64,000 nucleotides of DNA. Source: the human T2T-CHM13v2.0 reference genome, Homo sapiens. Of the stretch, positions 43,060 through 55,617 are shown in pieces. How positions within the stretch are numbered: the stretch's first letter is position 1; the number at the start of each line of letters is the position of its first letter. The notes below the pieces were generated by a model, which was not told where the DNA came from, made no database searches, and worked only from the letters and a program-made list of their open reading frames with translations. The DNA is taken from NCBI RefSeq assembly GCF_009914755.1, contig NC_060927.1, one strand, 5' to 3'. The position numbers were made by a program, and so were the translations under genes.

Positions 43060-43680
43060 ATTTATTCATTTATTTTACACTTCTCTTCAGCTGAATAGGG
43101 CTAGGCTCTCTTCTAGGTATTGAGGATATAGCAATTAGCAAGATAGACAAAGTTCCTGTCTTCATGAAATGTATGTATATGCCAGTGAGAGGAAAGACAA
43201 ACAAGTAGGCAAATATATATCAGACAGAGGTTAAGTATTACTTTAAATAAATAAAGAAAGCAAGGTAAGAAGACAGAAAATGATGGTGAAAGGAATTGTT
43301 TTTGGCAGGGTGGACAGGAAAGCCTCACTCGGGAAGTGACTAGCAAAGAACACATAAAGCTCTGTGGAAGATATTCCAGGCAAAGGGAACATCAGGTGAA
43401 AAAGTCCTTGAAATGGGACTAAGCTTGGTGTACATCAGCAAGATAAGAGTGAAGAAAGGGGAACCTGGTAAGAAATGAGTTTAGAGAAGTAAGCAGGGAT
43501 CTGATCAAGCAGGGCCTTAGAGGCCATGCCAAGGAGTGTGTATTTTATAAGGGCAATGGAAAGCCACTATAGGGTTTAAGGAGGGGAGTTACAAATTCTG
43601 ATTTATGTTTTTAAAAAATCACTAAGACCATAGAGAAGACTGTAGAAGGAAAAATGTAAGATAAAGAAAACTAATGATGA
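43060..43680 (-). mobile_element. L2 3' fragment
   Basis: ttattcattt..gacaaagttcctg..ttccaggcaaagggaaca..gcagggccttagaggcca. Confidence 0.75.
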
Positions 43681-44173
43681 AGGTGTCACATTTCTTTAGT
43701 ACTTGCATGTTTGGACACAAGGTAGGTAGCACACTGTACCTATAACAACACACTCCCATAACTTAATTTAAGGTTATTCTTTGATCATGAAATTAGGAAG
43801 AAAAATGTAAAGGATAGGATCAGATATCCAAAGATATTACTCAAGACACTCATGGTGGATACGAAATAGAAGTCTTTTAGAAAAACCCCAAAATCTGATT
43901 TTAAAATAACTAAAGTATAACCTCACATATCACCAGATTGTATCCAATAACTAAAAGATTTTAAGCAATCAATTTTACAATATATGTTATTTTTAAATGA
44001 GCTAAAAAATGAGAGTGCTATACATTAAAGATTACAAACTCTCAGTCTGCTGGTATGTTTTAAGTTATTTGCTTTGTAGTTTTTTACTTGAATGACTTGC
44101 TAACACTGAGAAGTAAGATGACTTCATATGAAAATCCAGGTTTCTGTCTTTACCTCAAAAATCAGCAGCTCCA

Positions 44174-44475
44174 GGCTGGGCGCGGTGGCTCACGCCTGGA
44201 ATCCCCCGCACTTTGGGAGGCCGAGGCGGGAGGATCACAAGGTTAGGAGATCGAGACCATCCTGGCTAACACGGTAAAACCCCGTCTCTACTAAAAATAC
44301 AAAAAATTAGCCTGGCGTGGTGGCGGGCGCCTGTAGTCCCAGCTACTCGGGAGACTGAGACAGGAGAAGGGCGTGAACCCAGGAGGCGGGGCTTGCAGTG
44401 GGCCGAGATCGTGCCACTACACCCCAGCCTGGGTGACAGTGCAAGACTGTCTCAAAAAAAAAAAAAAAAAAAAAA
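44174..44475 (+). mobile_element. AluY
   Basis: gagatcgagaccatcctggctaacacgg diagnostic; TSD aaaaatcagca(g/t)ctccag. Confidence 0.95.
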
Positions 44476-46356
44476 TCAGCATCTCCAGCACCTTTTATTC
44501 TTGCAAGGCAACAATCTTGGAAGTGAGCAACTCTATTTATTCTTATAGAATTCTACTAGAAGCTTCTCTAAAAATAAATGGATAAATTCTTTTACGTTAC
44601 TTTTTGAGTAACATGGGACTTTTTATGTTGCTTTAAAAAGAAAAGAAAGTGTTTATCCTTTTGCCAACTTAAATATATTCCACTAGCATCCATGAAGAAC
44701 CCATTATGAAACAATAACTGCTATGAAGAGTTTGGAGTCCAGGTAAATAATTCTAAAGGCACAGGAACTCTTGGAGATTCTACTGAACATTTAGGCAAAT
44801 GCTGACTCCAAGATCTGAGGTGTCCAATAAGGTCCTAGTTTCCAGTAGGGTGACCTGCACCTCCACACCTTTATGCATGACAGTAACATTTCTTACAACT
44901 TCACAGGGCTTACAAAAGTGGAGAGCAAGTCCCTTCACCCAGGGCATCAGCTGCCATGTATGAGCTAATCCACTATTCAGACAGATACTCAGAGCATAAA
45001 TTGCTATATATAGGAAATGAGAATCAAATCAACTAGTCCTCTCAAAAGGATTAAGTTATTTCATATAAAATCTACAATAAAGCATTTTTAAAACATATCA
45101 CATCCTTTCCTTTTTTAAGCTATCTGACAAGTCAGATGAGACTCCTTAGGTCTACTTTAAGTTATTTTTGTACTATTTGCTAGATACCACATAAATGTAT
45201 GGTGTTCATAAACAAGAAACAGTTGCACTCTACAAGTCTATAGAAATGACAGTACACAACGAGCTGAGACCACGAGATGAGAACAAAGTATAATCAAACA
45301 AGCTTTTCTTTTCCCTCATAAATACCATCAGAAACATAATTTTAGCACCCCAGAAAGCAACAAGCTAAAATTGTGAATTAAACAGATGTAAAAATATATT
45401 TTTAATGCAAAGCAAAGGAAAGAAAAATGCGATCTCAAATGTACATGCATGGATATCTATGGCAGATTTTGAAGTCTACTTTTATGGAACACACTTCATG
45501 AAAATAAGCTTTGCTTCTACTTAAACATTTCAAAACATTAAATGTGTAATAGTTTTCCCAATGGCATATGGTTTGAATTGATAGTGGTAAATAATTGTAC
45601 ATAAAATGAAACTACACTGACCTAAATGTTAGTAAAAGTGACAAAATAAAATACTAGCAATATAAACCGTTGCATGGGTGTATGCCATATTACCAGGTGA
45701 AAAAAAAATTATTGCAATTACAGGCTTTCATTATTTATTTCACCTTTATGTAATTACATCTTATAAATGTTTATTTAGTAATATCAATCTGAGACATCAT
45801 TTTGAGAATATAATTAACTGGATAGTAAAACAGAACGTGTGTGTGTTTTACTATTTTTCTCTTTATTTCAAAAAAGTTGGTCTTTGTTAGTTGTGTTTAA
45901 CTGCCATCTAGAGTTAAAATGAATCCATTTCTTTTCCCCTCTACTTCTTTTCAAAATTTTTGGCATACAGGCAAACATGTTTCACTTCTTCACATCAAAC
46001 AAATATTCATCAGACAAAAAAACTGTAAAAGGATAACTTCATGCAATTTTTCAAATTACTGTTAGCAATTACACCTACTGCAAATACTTTAAGTTGACTA
46101 AAAATTAAGACTTACATTTACACTAGTTAAAACGCTATTTTTGACGATATAAACAAGCCAATGAACAACCTAATACACATCTGGACTTTGGGAAATACAT
46201 TAAAAACTTCAGGTTATAGTCTATTTCATGACCTACAATTTGTTTTTTTTTTTTTTTGAGTCCAAGAAAAGCAGACCCAAATAAAAAGATATTCAGTAGT
46301 TACTTCATTTTTTTCACATATGAAAAATATGATTATGAAAAATTAGCTAAATCCCA

Positions 46357-46684
<328 letters not shown>

Positions 46685-47591
46685 CTAAATCCCAACTGCA
46701 TATTCAACTAACTAAACTTTTTACTATTCTTATGTTAAAAGTGGCATTCAAATCCCAATTTCAGCAGGGAGTTTGTAAGAATAAGCCATCAGTACAATTA
46801 CTCAGCTTTCAATTTAAGAAAGGCATTATTAAAAATCTATTTTAAAAAGGGATACTGAAGAGAAAAATGAAATTAGATTTCAAAATAAGACTTGATGCCC
46901 TAGCACAGAAGAAATGTATTCACATGAAGTGTTCCAAAAATTAGGTAAAATATTACTGTTCTCATATAAATAGAGTATAGGTTTTTTTAAATTAACTTTC
47001 CCAAATGCATTAAACCACAACAGCTTTTTCTAACAATATTTTTATACATCATTAGATTCTGAAACAAAGAAGTTGCAATCCAGTAAAACTGCAACTCTTG
47101 TTCAAAGGAAATTATATGCAAGTTTTCAAGTGGATGCACACAGCAAACAATGATGATGAAAAACAGGCTAGTGCAAAGAGCCTTGAATGTTTTCAATAAA
47201 CACAACTGTAGCATTACAAGAAGATGGCAATAGCAGAATACTTATCAAGTACAGTACTCAAGTACGCATTTAAGAAGGTTCTTAATTGCTTGCTCAATTG
47301 TGGACTAATAAAGTTATTACAGGATTATAAGAATCAAAGAGGAACAAACAGAGAGAAAAAAAAATAAGCAAGCCTGAAGGCCGTGAACGAGAAAACGCCT
47401 ACCTCAAGAAAAGCCTGGATTAACAGTCATAGAGACTAGTGAATGTACTGAGAGCCACTGGAAAATCATGGAAACAGGACTGAAAAAAAAAATAAAACCT
47501 TCTATAAATTTTATACGTCTGGAAAAGTGTCCATTTAAGACAATGGGTTTGTCTGAGCTCTAAATTACTGAAATTTGTGAAGTAAAAAGTA

Positions 47592-47741
47592 CAGATGGTC
47601 CCTGACTTACAACAGTTCGAGTTATAATTTCTTGACTTTACAATGGGCTTATAGGGTATTAAATGCATTTTTGACTTACAATATTTTTGACTTACAGTAA
47701 GTTTATCAGGATGTAACCTCATCACACATTAAGGAGCATGT
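47592..47741 (-). mobile_element. MER47/Tigger5-type MITE fragment
   Basis: cagatggtccctgacttac..tttgacttacaatattttt..aggagcat. Confidence 0.75.
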
Positions 47742-47874
47742 GCATACACATTTACTATGTATACTGTTGGGGCTTAGAAAACAACACTGCAAAATGAATG
47801 GCGTTTTGGCATGCTGAACACTTTGAACCATAATAGGAAGGCCTTAGAAATTACCTCAGAATCAAGGACTTTCT

Positions 47875-48016
47875 TCTTTATTTTTTTTTTCTTTTGAGAC
47901 AGGAGCTTGCTTTGTCACCCAGGCTGGTCTCGAACTCCAGGCTTCAAGCGATCCTCCCACCTCAGCCTCCCAAAGTGCTGGGATTATAGCCGTGAGCCAC
48001 AGCACACCTATAATCC
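47875..48016 (-). mobile_element. Alu monomer (FLAM-like or arm-recombined) with perfect 18 bp TSD
   Basis: TSD cagaatcaaggactttct at 47857-47874 and 48017-48034. Confidence 0.88.
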
Positions 48017-48453
48017 CAGAATCAAGGACTTTCTAATCTCTCCTGTCCTCCCTTCTCCCCACCCCCAGAACAGGGTGAAATTTAACTCTTAATATTCCTT
48101 TATCCGCCTTAAGACCTGGCCCACCAAAGAGAACACAACTGCCTTCCATCCCCTCCTTGAAATTTTATTACCAGGAAAGAAGACTGAGGCATGTAACCAC
48201 ACCTGAAGGGATTTTGTTCTGCCTGTTAGGCTCAAATTACAAAGAAAAACATTTACAAGCTAGTATTTCTACCTCCCAGGTCCATTCATCTTCCCTAAAG
48301 TCATGTATTACCTCTCTAAAAATTGTCTACAGCACCCCCTTCACCATTTCCCTCTCCCCGCTGGAGTATTTAAGCCTCAACCATCCGGCCCCTCTTTGAG
48401 CCTCATATTTTATATGGCTCCTGTGTTTATGCACATTAAGTATATTTGTATGC

Positions 48454-48807
48454 TGTATTAGTCCATTCTCACACTGCTAATGAAGACATACCCAAGACTG
48501 GGTAATTTATAAAGATAAGAGGTTTAATTGACTCACAGTTCTGCATGGCTGGGGAGGCCTCAGGAAACTTACAATCGTGGCAGAAGGTACCTCTTCACGG
48601 GGCAGCAGAAAAGCGAATGAGTGCACAAGCCAAGGGGGAAACCCCTTATAAAACCATCAGATCTCTTGAGAACTCACTATACGAGGACAGTATGTGGGAA
48701 ACCACCACCATGATTCAATTCTCTCTACTTGGTCCCACCCTTGACACAGGGGGATTATTACAATGCAAGGTGAGATGTGGGTGGGGACACCAAGCCAAAC
48801 CATATCA
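48454..48807 (-). mobile_element. THE1 (MaLR) solo LTR
   Basis: tgtattagtccattctcacactgct ... caaaccatatca; 5 bp TSD tatgc/tattc. Confidence 0.93.
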
Positions 48808-50059
48808 TATTCCTTTTTCTCTTATTAATTTGTTTATTGTCAGTCATTTCCACAAAGGTTCAAAGAGAGTAGAAGGGACACTTTCCCTCTCCTGCTATAA
48901 TACAACAAACAAATGACTTCCTAAGAATCAACATGCGTGCTTTCAATTTAAAATTTCTAATGTTTTCTCAAGTGCATTTTACAACTACTGCGGTTTTTGT
49001 TTTTCCAAGGAAGGAAGAGGCATATGCAAATTCTCACTGGCAATCTCTAGGATTGAGCATAGTTTTATCAGCAAGATCTCCGCTGAGAATGTCTAGAACA
49101 TAAACATCAACCGTCAGAATGATTTCTCTATTGCAGCATTTTATCTGATTGAACCTAAATTGATACCTGGTTCACTAACAAAAGCTCTAAAGAAGTATCT
49201 GCTTATAAATTCTCTCTACTCAATATCCATCAGGGCCAATTTAAAGCATTTCAGATATATTTTGAGTATAGAATATTTTACCATAATAAAATGAACAGAC
49301 TATAATTATGGAACAAGGTAAATTTCTGATTATTTTATTTCAAAGTAAAGTACGCAGGCAATTGGACCCACTACCAAATTTCACCCAGGATTTCCTGAAA
49401 TAGGAAGAAAAACTATGTCAGTCATGAGCTCTTTATTTTTTTAGTACTTGTCTATCCAGAGAAAACTCAAAGTGGGTCTAAAAAGATGGCCTTTATATAA
49501 ACTATAACAGAATTTACTGTTAATAACTTGGAGTATTTGAAATAGTCAAGGATTCTGCAATTTTTTTATTTCTTACTCTTTAACGCTTGTCCTTTCTTTT
49601 CCATCCTCAAGCCTTCCTTTTCTGTCTTCATTTCTATTTTCTACTCACCAGTCTTACCTCCTCCAATAATTTCATCTCTTTATTACTATCAAACCTCCAT
49701 TTTCAAATTATATGGCATCAGAAATGAAATCTTCAAAATTAAGGAAAATGAGGAGAAAACATTCTTCCCAATGCTTCCTTTCCATTAGGCCTCACACCAG
49801 ATGTACTCACATGCACACATTTCTATGCAAGCTGCTTCCCTCATTTAGAACACTCCACACCACACTCTCCTGCCACCTGATACACCCAATCACAAAATGA
49901 CTTCCAAATCAGCCCATTTTTCAAGGTCCACCTGAGTCTTTCAAAATGCTGTCTATACTATTCCAGCTCATAGTGCTCTCTCCTGTCTTCCCTATCATCC
50001 TCATAATCGGCATACTTTTTAATTCTATAACCTCAAGATAACATACAGAATTATTTAGA

Positions 50060-50250
50060 ATACTAACATCAAACACTTTGAAGTTCATTTACTAGCAGTG
50101 TGATCTTAAGTAAATAATTTCTCTAAGTCTCAATTTTCTCAGCTATAAAAATGAGGATACTAAGACTTCGGCACACTTGCTCATAGGGTTTTTATGAGGA
50201 TAAGGTGATTCATGGAAAGTGTCTGGTACAGAATAAACATTCAATAAAAA
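50060..50250 (+). mobile_element. MIR SINE
   Basis: actagcagtgtgatctt..ctcaattttctcagctataaaaatgagg..catagggttttt. Confidence 0.75.
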
Positions 50251-51279
50251 CCATTTTTTATGTTGTCAGCCATCATCCTCCAGCTTTTTGTGTATACTTT
50301 AAAAGCCCAGCCAGATTCTAGGCTCTTAAGGGCAGATTACATCTTACAGATGTTTAATACATACATGTTTATAGAATGTATGACTAAATGATACAATGTT
50401 TTCTAAATAATGAAGCTGGGGGCAATTATAGAACATTATATGAGGCTGAGGAGATAATTATCGCATGCTGGTGCATAGAACTAGTCCAGGGGTTAGGAAA
50501 CATTAATTTCACACCACCTTTGCAGATTATCTCATTATGGGTCAGTTGTTACTTAGTAGGTTGCAATAATTTTCATGGCTGTGAATGCCTCACTCCAGAA
50601 AGTATCCAAACTTACCTGATAAATACAGAAGCTGTATATTAATAGATACAATGTTGCCATAGATTCTTCCTCAACAGCCTGGTGTCTCACAGAAAGGATC
50701 AGCTGTGGGCAATATAATGAGAAGGGCAGCTATCACAGACCTTTAAGTAGAAAGTAACCACCTTTATTGGATGCTATAAAATAAATTATCAAAGTCTATC
50801 TAGATAACCCCCAAGTGTCTGTGATATATTCCTGATTGCTGTTCTTAAAAACTGCAAGAAAACTCCCAAGGTATTCCTTAGTTCACAGCTAAGGCGGATG
50901 GTGACCTACAAAAGTTGGGCTCAAAGTTGAAAGAGCCGGATTTGTCCCAACTGTGTTACTATGCAAACTTACACAAAGCAGGGAGGTAAGCAGTTTGTCA
51001 AGCAACATACAAATGCTGTAATGAGCCTACAGTTATTATTTTCATGCAACCCATTACCAACTTAAGAAAAATCCTTATTTGTAAATGTACATAAAAAATA
51101 AACAAGAATTCCTTATAACCATGCAAAAGCTCTATTTCATTCCTAGAACAGAGGACCACTCAAGGGTCTACTTTTCATCTTTCCTAAGTGGTAAGGGTAA
51201 GGAACAGCAAAATCAAAGTTCCTATCAAGTGAAGTTAGAGTACTCTGAAATTATGATGAATGTTAACGGGAGGAATTAT

Positions 51280-51650
51280 TTCATTCGTTCATTCAAATAT
51301 ATTTACTGAGCACTTACATGTCAGGCAGTTCCGGTTGCTGAGGATACATCAGCAAAGCAGAGACAAAAATACCTGTTCTTAGGATGTTCAAATTCTAGTG
51401 GTGGGTGCACCTGCTAAACAAATAAATGAGTGATTACACAATATATGCAATGTTACTGTGTTACGGAAAAAAATAAAGCAGGTGGAGGATAGGGAGCCAG
51501 GAGGTGGAGATATTCTTATATTGGAGATTGAAGGAATGGTCCTGTGAGGTGACAGATCGAAAGATACAAGGAATCAAATCTATAAATGTCAGAAGGGGCT
51601 TTCCAAGCAAAGGAAACATTAAGTGCAGAAGTCCTGACGCAAGAGCTACG
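51280..51650 (-). mobile_element. L2 3' fragment
   Basis: tcattcgttcattcaaatatatttactgagcacttacatgtcaggca. Confidence 0.75.
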
Positions 51651-52443
51651 TTTTATGTAAATATTCTACGAGGAGAAAATTTAAAAAACACCTTGGATTT
51701 TGGAGTCCTAGCTCTTTGTCTTTTACCAGCAGAGTATAATTTATAAAGAAAACAACTTTACCTCTCTTGAACCTGTTTCTTCCTCTGTATATTAGAGGAC
51801 TGACACTACCATATACTTATTTCAAGGAACGAAAATTAAGAAACGCACTTTACAGAAACGAGATATTACAAAGTGCTAAATTAACAACCAAGCTTGTCTC
51901 CTTGGCTGTCAAATGAAGCTAATGTGCCCATTTCACAGGGCTTTGCGGGGACTCAATGAGATAACCAACGTAAATATGTCGACTGACACTCAGAAACCCC
52001 GCAAGGCATGATCAAGCAATACTACTGTCAACACAGGGTCTACCAACTATGAGCAGGCAGGGGCTCTTGCTGCTCTGCTCAGTATAAGACGCCCAGGACG
52101 AAGCACCTCGAAACTGCTCCACAGGCATTCGTTGAATAAACCGACTGTAAACTCGACTCACTTTAGACTACTGTGCCGAATTTTTCGCATTTCTACATTC
52201 TGCTGGGACATTCCAGCTTCTAAGAACCCAGCTTCACTCTCTGAAACTCTTTCAACATATGCAGGTCTCACTTTAAAAGGTCTTGAAATGGAGTTCCTAC
52301 CAGACGGCCTTTCCCTAGGGTTCATAAAGACCCTTTCAAGCCACCCTCCCGCGCGCCGCGTTACCACACGCCCACCTCCTGGTTGCCGCGACTACACCTC
52401 ACGAACTTTTCGCGCCCCAAGGCGGCCCTTTATAAAGATGCGG

Positions 52444-52451
52444 TGACGTCA
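52444..52451. promoter_or_regulatory. Full CRE (TGACGTCA), CREB/ATF site
   Basis: Exact consensus inside the 16 bp palindrome GCGGTGACGTCACCGC (52440-52455). Confidence 0.8.
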
Positions 52452-52499
52452 CCGCGCGCCGCGCGTGCGCAAATATGGTAACGTGACCACGCCCTGGCC

Positions 52500-52565
52500 T
52501 GCGCTAAGGCCCCGGCGTCGGCGCAGTAGCTGGTGCCTTCCCGGAAGGGCTCAGAGGCGGGCTCG
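52500..52565 (+). other. CEP15: CEP15 (C3orf14) non-coding first exon (TSS approximate)
   Basis: TCG|gtgagt consensus donor at 52566, inside the CpG island. Confidence 0.65.
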
Positions 52566-53230
52566 GTGAGTGGAGTCGGACAGTGGGTGGGTGCCCTGAC
52601 TGCCTGACGGCCGCGCAGGGCCTTGCAGGACCGCTGGGGAGGATGTTGTTAACGTAAAGAGCCAGGCTGATGAGGAAGGTTCATGAGTCCTTTGGGTATA
52701 AGCGGGAGTTGGGGCGGCCGGAGGGCAGATGACTCTGAGAAGGTGCGGATCTTCGATTCTAAGGGGAGAATGTGATTTGGTTTTGTCTAAAGTGCTGATA
52801 GTGGGCCTCACAGAAAAGTTACCATGAACCGACTTTCCGGGATTCCCTTGGCGCTGCATTAATTGGCCTCGTTGCAAAAGGAAACCGAGAGGAAGGCGGC
52901 AAGACTTGGCCTGCGGGTGATGTTAGCGGAAAATATCTGTAATTTAGACCCCGGAGGGCGGGCCTGTGAGCGATTGCTGTCCGCGGTGCTGAAGGAAAGG
53001 CAGCCACGCCCAGAGGAGGAAACCTAATGAGGGCAGGGCGGTGTTTCCGTTTTCCTTGGCCGGGTTCAGCACCCTACACTCAATAAGCGTGGGCTTTCTA
53101 GCAGGACTGGACACTCAGGCGGTGTGTCAATCTTTAGACAATCTTTATAGAGTGCATAGATGTTTAATTTCATAAAATTTAGGAAAGCTTCATTTCAGGA
53201 AGGAATTTTATTCCTCTTTTTCTCCCTTAG

Positions 53231-53342
53231 GGCAAGCACTTTAACCTTTTAAGCCCAACCAGATGAGTTGCCTGCAGTTTTGGAGGCCTTCAGAGCATTT
53301 CACTAGACCTCTGTCTGTGTCGGTCCAGTGTCTTTAGCCAAG
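53231..53342 (+). other. CEP15: CEP15 5' UTR exon (112 nt)
   Basis: ctctttttctcccttag acceptor and AAG|gtgagc donor. Confidence 0.75.
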
Positions 53343-53981
53343 GTGAGCTTGCTCGTGGTGTGAAGTGTGCCACGAAAATGGGCTTTCCTGCACTCCACAA
53401 ATGAGAGTGCTTAGCAGCCAGGGGAAGGGGAAGGTATCTATCTAATTGTGCTTTTCCTCGCAGTTACACATGAAAAGTACTTTCCTATTTAGAAGAGAGA
53501 TGGTAGAACTGGGCACTCTTCCAATAAAGGAAAGACCTTGAATTTCCAGTTGGTTCTCATACTTGTTTGCCTGCCTTTCTGTCTATGTGTGTTTGCACAT
53601 GCATAAGGGATGGTGTTCCTGTGTTGAATTTTACAGAGCAGATTTTTTTTCTGTTGATTCAATAAAACGTTTAGTAGTCTTAGTACCAGCTGCTTGTTTG
53701 TTTTTAATTCTGATTAAGGTTAGAGTCTAGAAAGAGAAGACAATATGAAATATGTTGGGTTTACCTAATTCATAGTATTCTTAGATGTATCTGGCATGCT
53801 GAATAAAAATGTGTTTAATTGCATCCTTTCATTTTATACATTATTACATCTTAAGTTTTCTTTTCTCTTCTGAGAGAACCAATGGATTAAGGTACTAAAA
53901 TAATCAAATGTTGCAAAGCTGAGGACATGTGGTAGAAGTAACTTTAAATGTTTTTATTCTTTATGACAGCTTTGATTAAAG

Positions 53982-54034
53982 ATGACTTCCTTGTTTGCTC
54001 AAGAAATTCGCCTTTCTAAAAGACATGAAGAAAT
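53982..54034 (+). CDS. CEP15: CEP15/C3orf14 first coding exon: MTSLFAQEIRLSKRHEE(I); exon begins at 53970
   Basis: ttatgacag acceptor; AAGATGA start context (A at -3); AT|gtaagt donor; matches the C3orf14 N-terminus as I recall it. Confidence 0.9.
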
Positions 54035-54325
54035 GTAAGTTTTTTTAAAGGGATGATTCAGATATAGAAATTGGACTGGCTTTGTTAGTGAAATATTGTA
54101 TACACAGGATGACTTAAAAATTTGCAAGCATGTCATTTTAATTTTCTGACACTTAAGAGGTTTTAGTGTTAGGGAATTTCATTGTTTCTTATGAATAAGC
54201 AAGATTAAAAGGTATGTTCTATGTATTTTTACTCTTTGTAAGTAATATATAGATAAATTTGCCCCTCCTCCCACCCTTTCTAGGCTCCACATTGGCATTT
54301 AATGGGCTTCTCTAAACCTCTTACA

Positions 54326-54449
54326 CAGGGCTGGCTTCTTGGGTATGTGACTTATATACAGTCACAGGTCCTGCATTTGGTTTAATGCTCTCATGCCATT
54401 GTCTTGCATCATTTTGGACTGGACCCTGCAAATTGTGTAGCCAGTCCTG
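54326..54449 (+). mobile_element. MER45A (hAT-Tip100) fragment
   Basis: cagggctggcttc..ttggtttaatgctct..gcaaattgtgtagccagtcctg. Confidence 0.8.
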
Positions 54450-55356
54450 CTCTTTGCTTTGTATTATTCACTCTTTTCCTCCTCTGTTTGTGGGCTTTCA
54501 GGTTTTCCTTTTCTTTAATTAATTACCAGACGTTCTTTCCTTGGCTCCTAAGATACTTTCCTTACCAAAAAATTGACTGTTCATAGACCTGAGATTTTAA
54601 TTCCACCTTTAAGACAGCCTGATGAAACACAGTGTTTCTTGAGAACCTCCACAACTATTTGGGAAACAGTTTGACTGTTATGTATACCAACGTATGTATC
54701 TTTTAATCATCTTACATATTGTCCTAAAAAGAACAAAAACATATAAAATAAGCATTTGACCAGCAAGAAACTTTTAAAGTATATTATATGTAACGAAGTA
54801 GTTTGAAGATGTTTACTTGTAATTTTTTACATCTTTCTTCAATTACTGTTTTACCTTGTTGTGAGTATGCATACATACACACAGCCTCTCACTCATATAT
54901 CAAACCATCATCTTTCTCTTGGAAAAAGAGGGAAAAAATATTTTTATTGCTTCTTCAAACATATGGAAGTTTAGCACAATTCTAAATGTGTAACATGAGA
55001 TTCAGGGGTACTGAAGTGTTAAGCAGAAGGTTTCATATAGCAAGTTATATCAATGTATGTGTGTCGGGAGGTATATATAACTATGTGTACAAAGGGATAT
55101 GTATTACAGTTTGCATTTTCACCAAAAATTAAAACATATCTTCAACATTCTAAAATAATTTCAAAAGACCAGAGAGGCTAAAAAAACAGAAGCATGTACT
55201 TATGGCATATATAAAGAATATGTTAATGAAAATAAAAATAATTTTAACCAGATTGACTTAAGACTTATTGAACTACCTCAGATTTTTCACTGTCTTATTA
55301 GTCGACATAGTAATTGACTTTCAGAATAGGTTAGAGTTGAAGTGAGGTGCAATTAA

Positions 55357-55617
<261 letters not shown>

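Larger units (their letters stand above)
47765..48903. mobile_element. ERV1 solo LTR (MER39-like), interrupted by an Alu monomer and a THE1 LTR
   Basis: Begins tgttggggcttagaaaac and ends ..ca; LTR sequence resumes after each insertion. Confidence 0.65.
52330..53065. promoter_or_regulatory. CpG island / bidirectional promoter of CEP15 (+) and PTPRG-AS1 (-)
   Basis: Abrupt GC- and CpG-rich segment in an AT-rich background; CRE, NRF1-like and ETS motifs; first-exon donors on both strands. Confidence 0.9.

Noticed and set aside
52132-53007. ORFs of 62-108 aa on both strands at the promoter
   Set aside because: Expected in GC-rich CpG-island DNA, where stop codons are rare; no recognisable domain, and they cross splice donors
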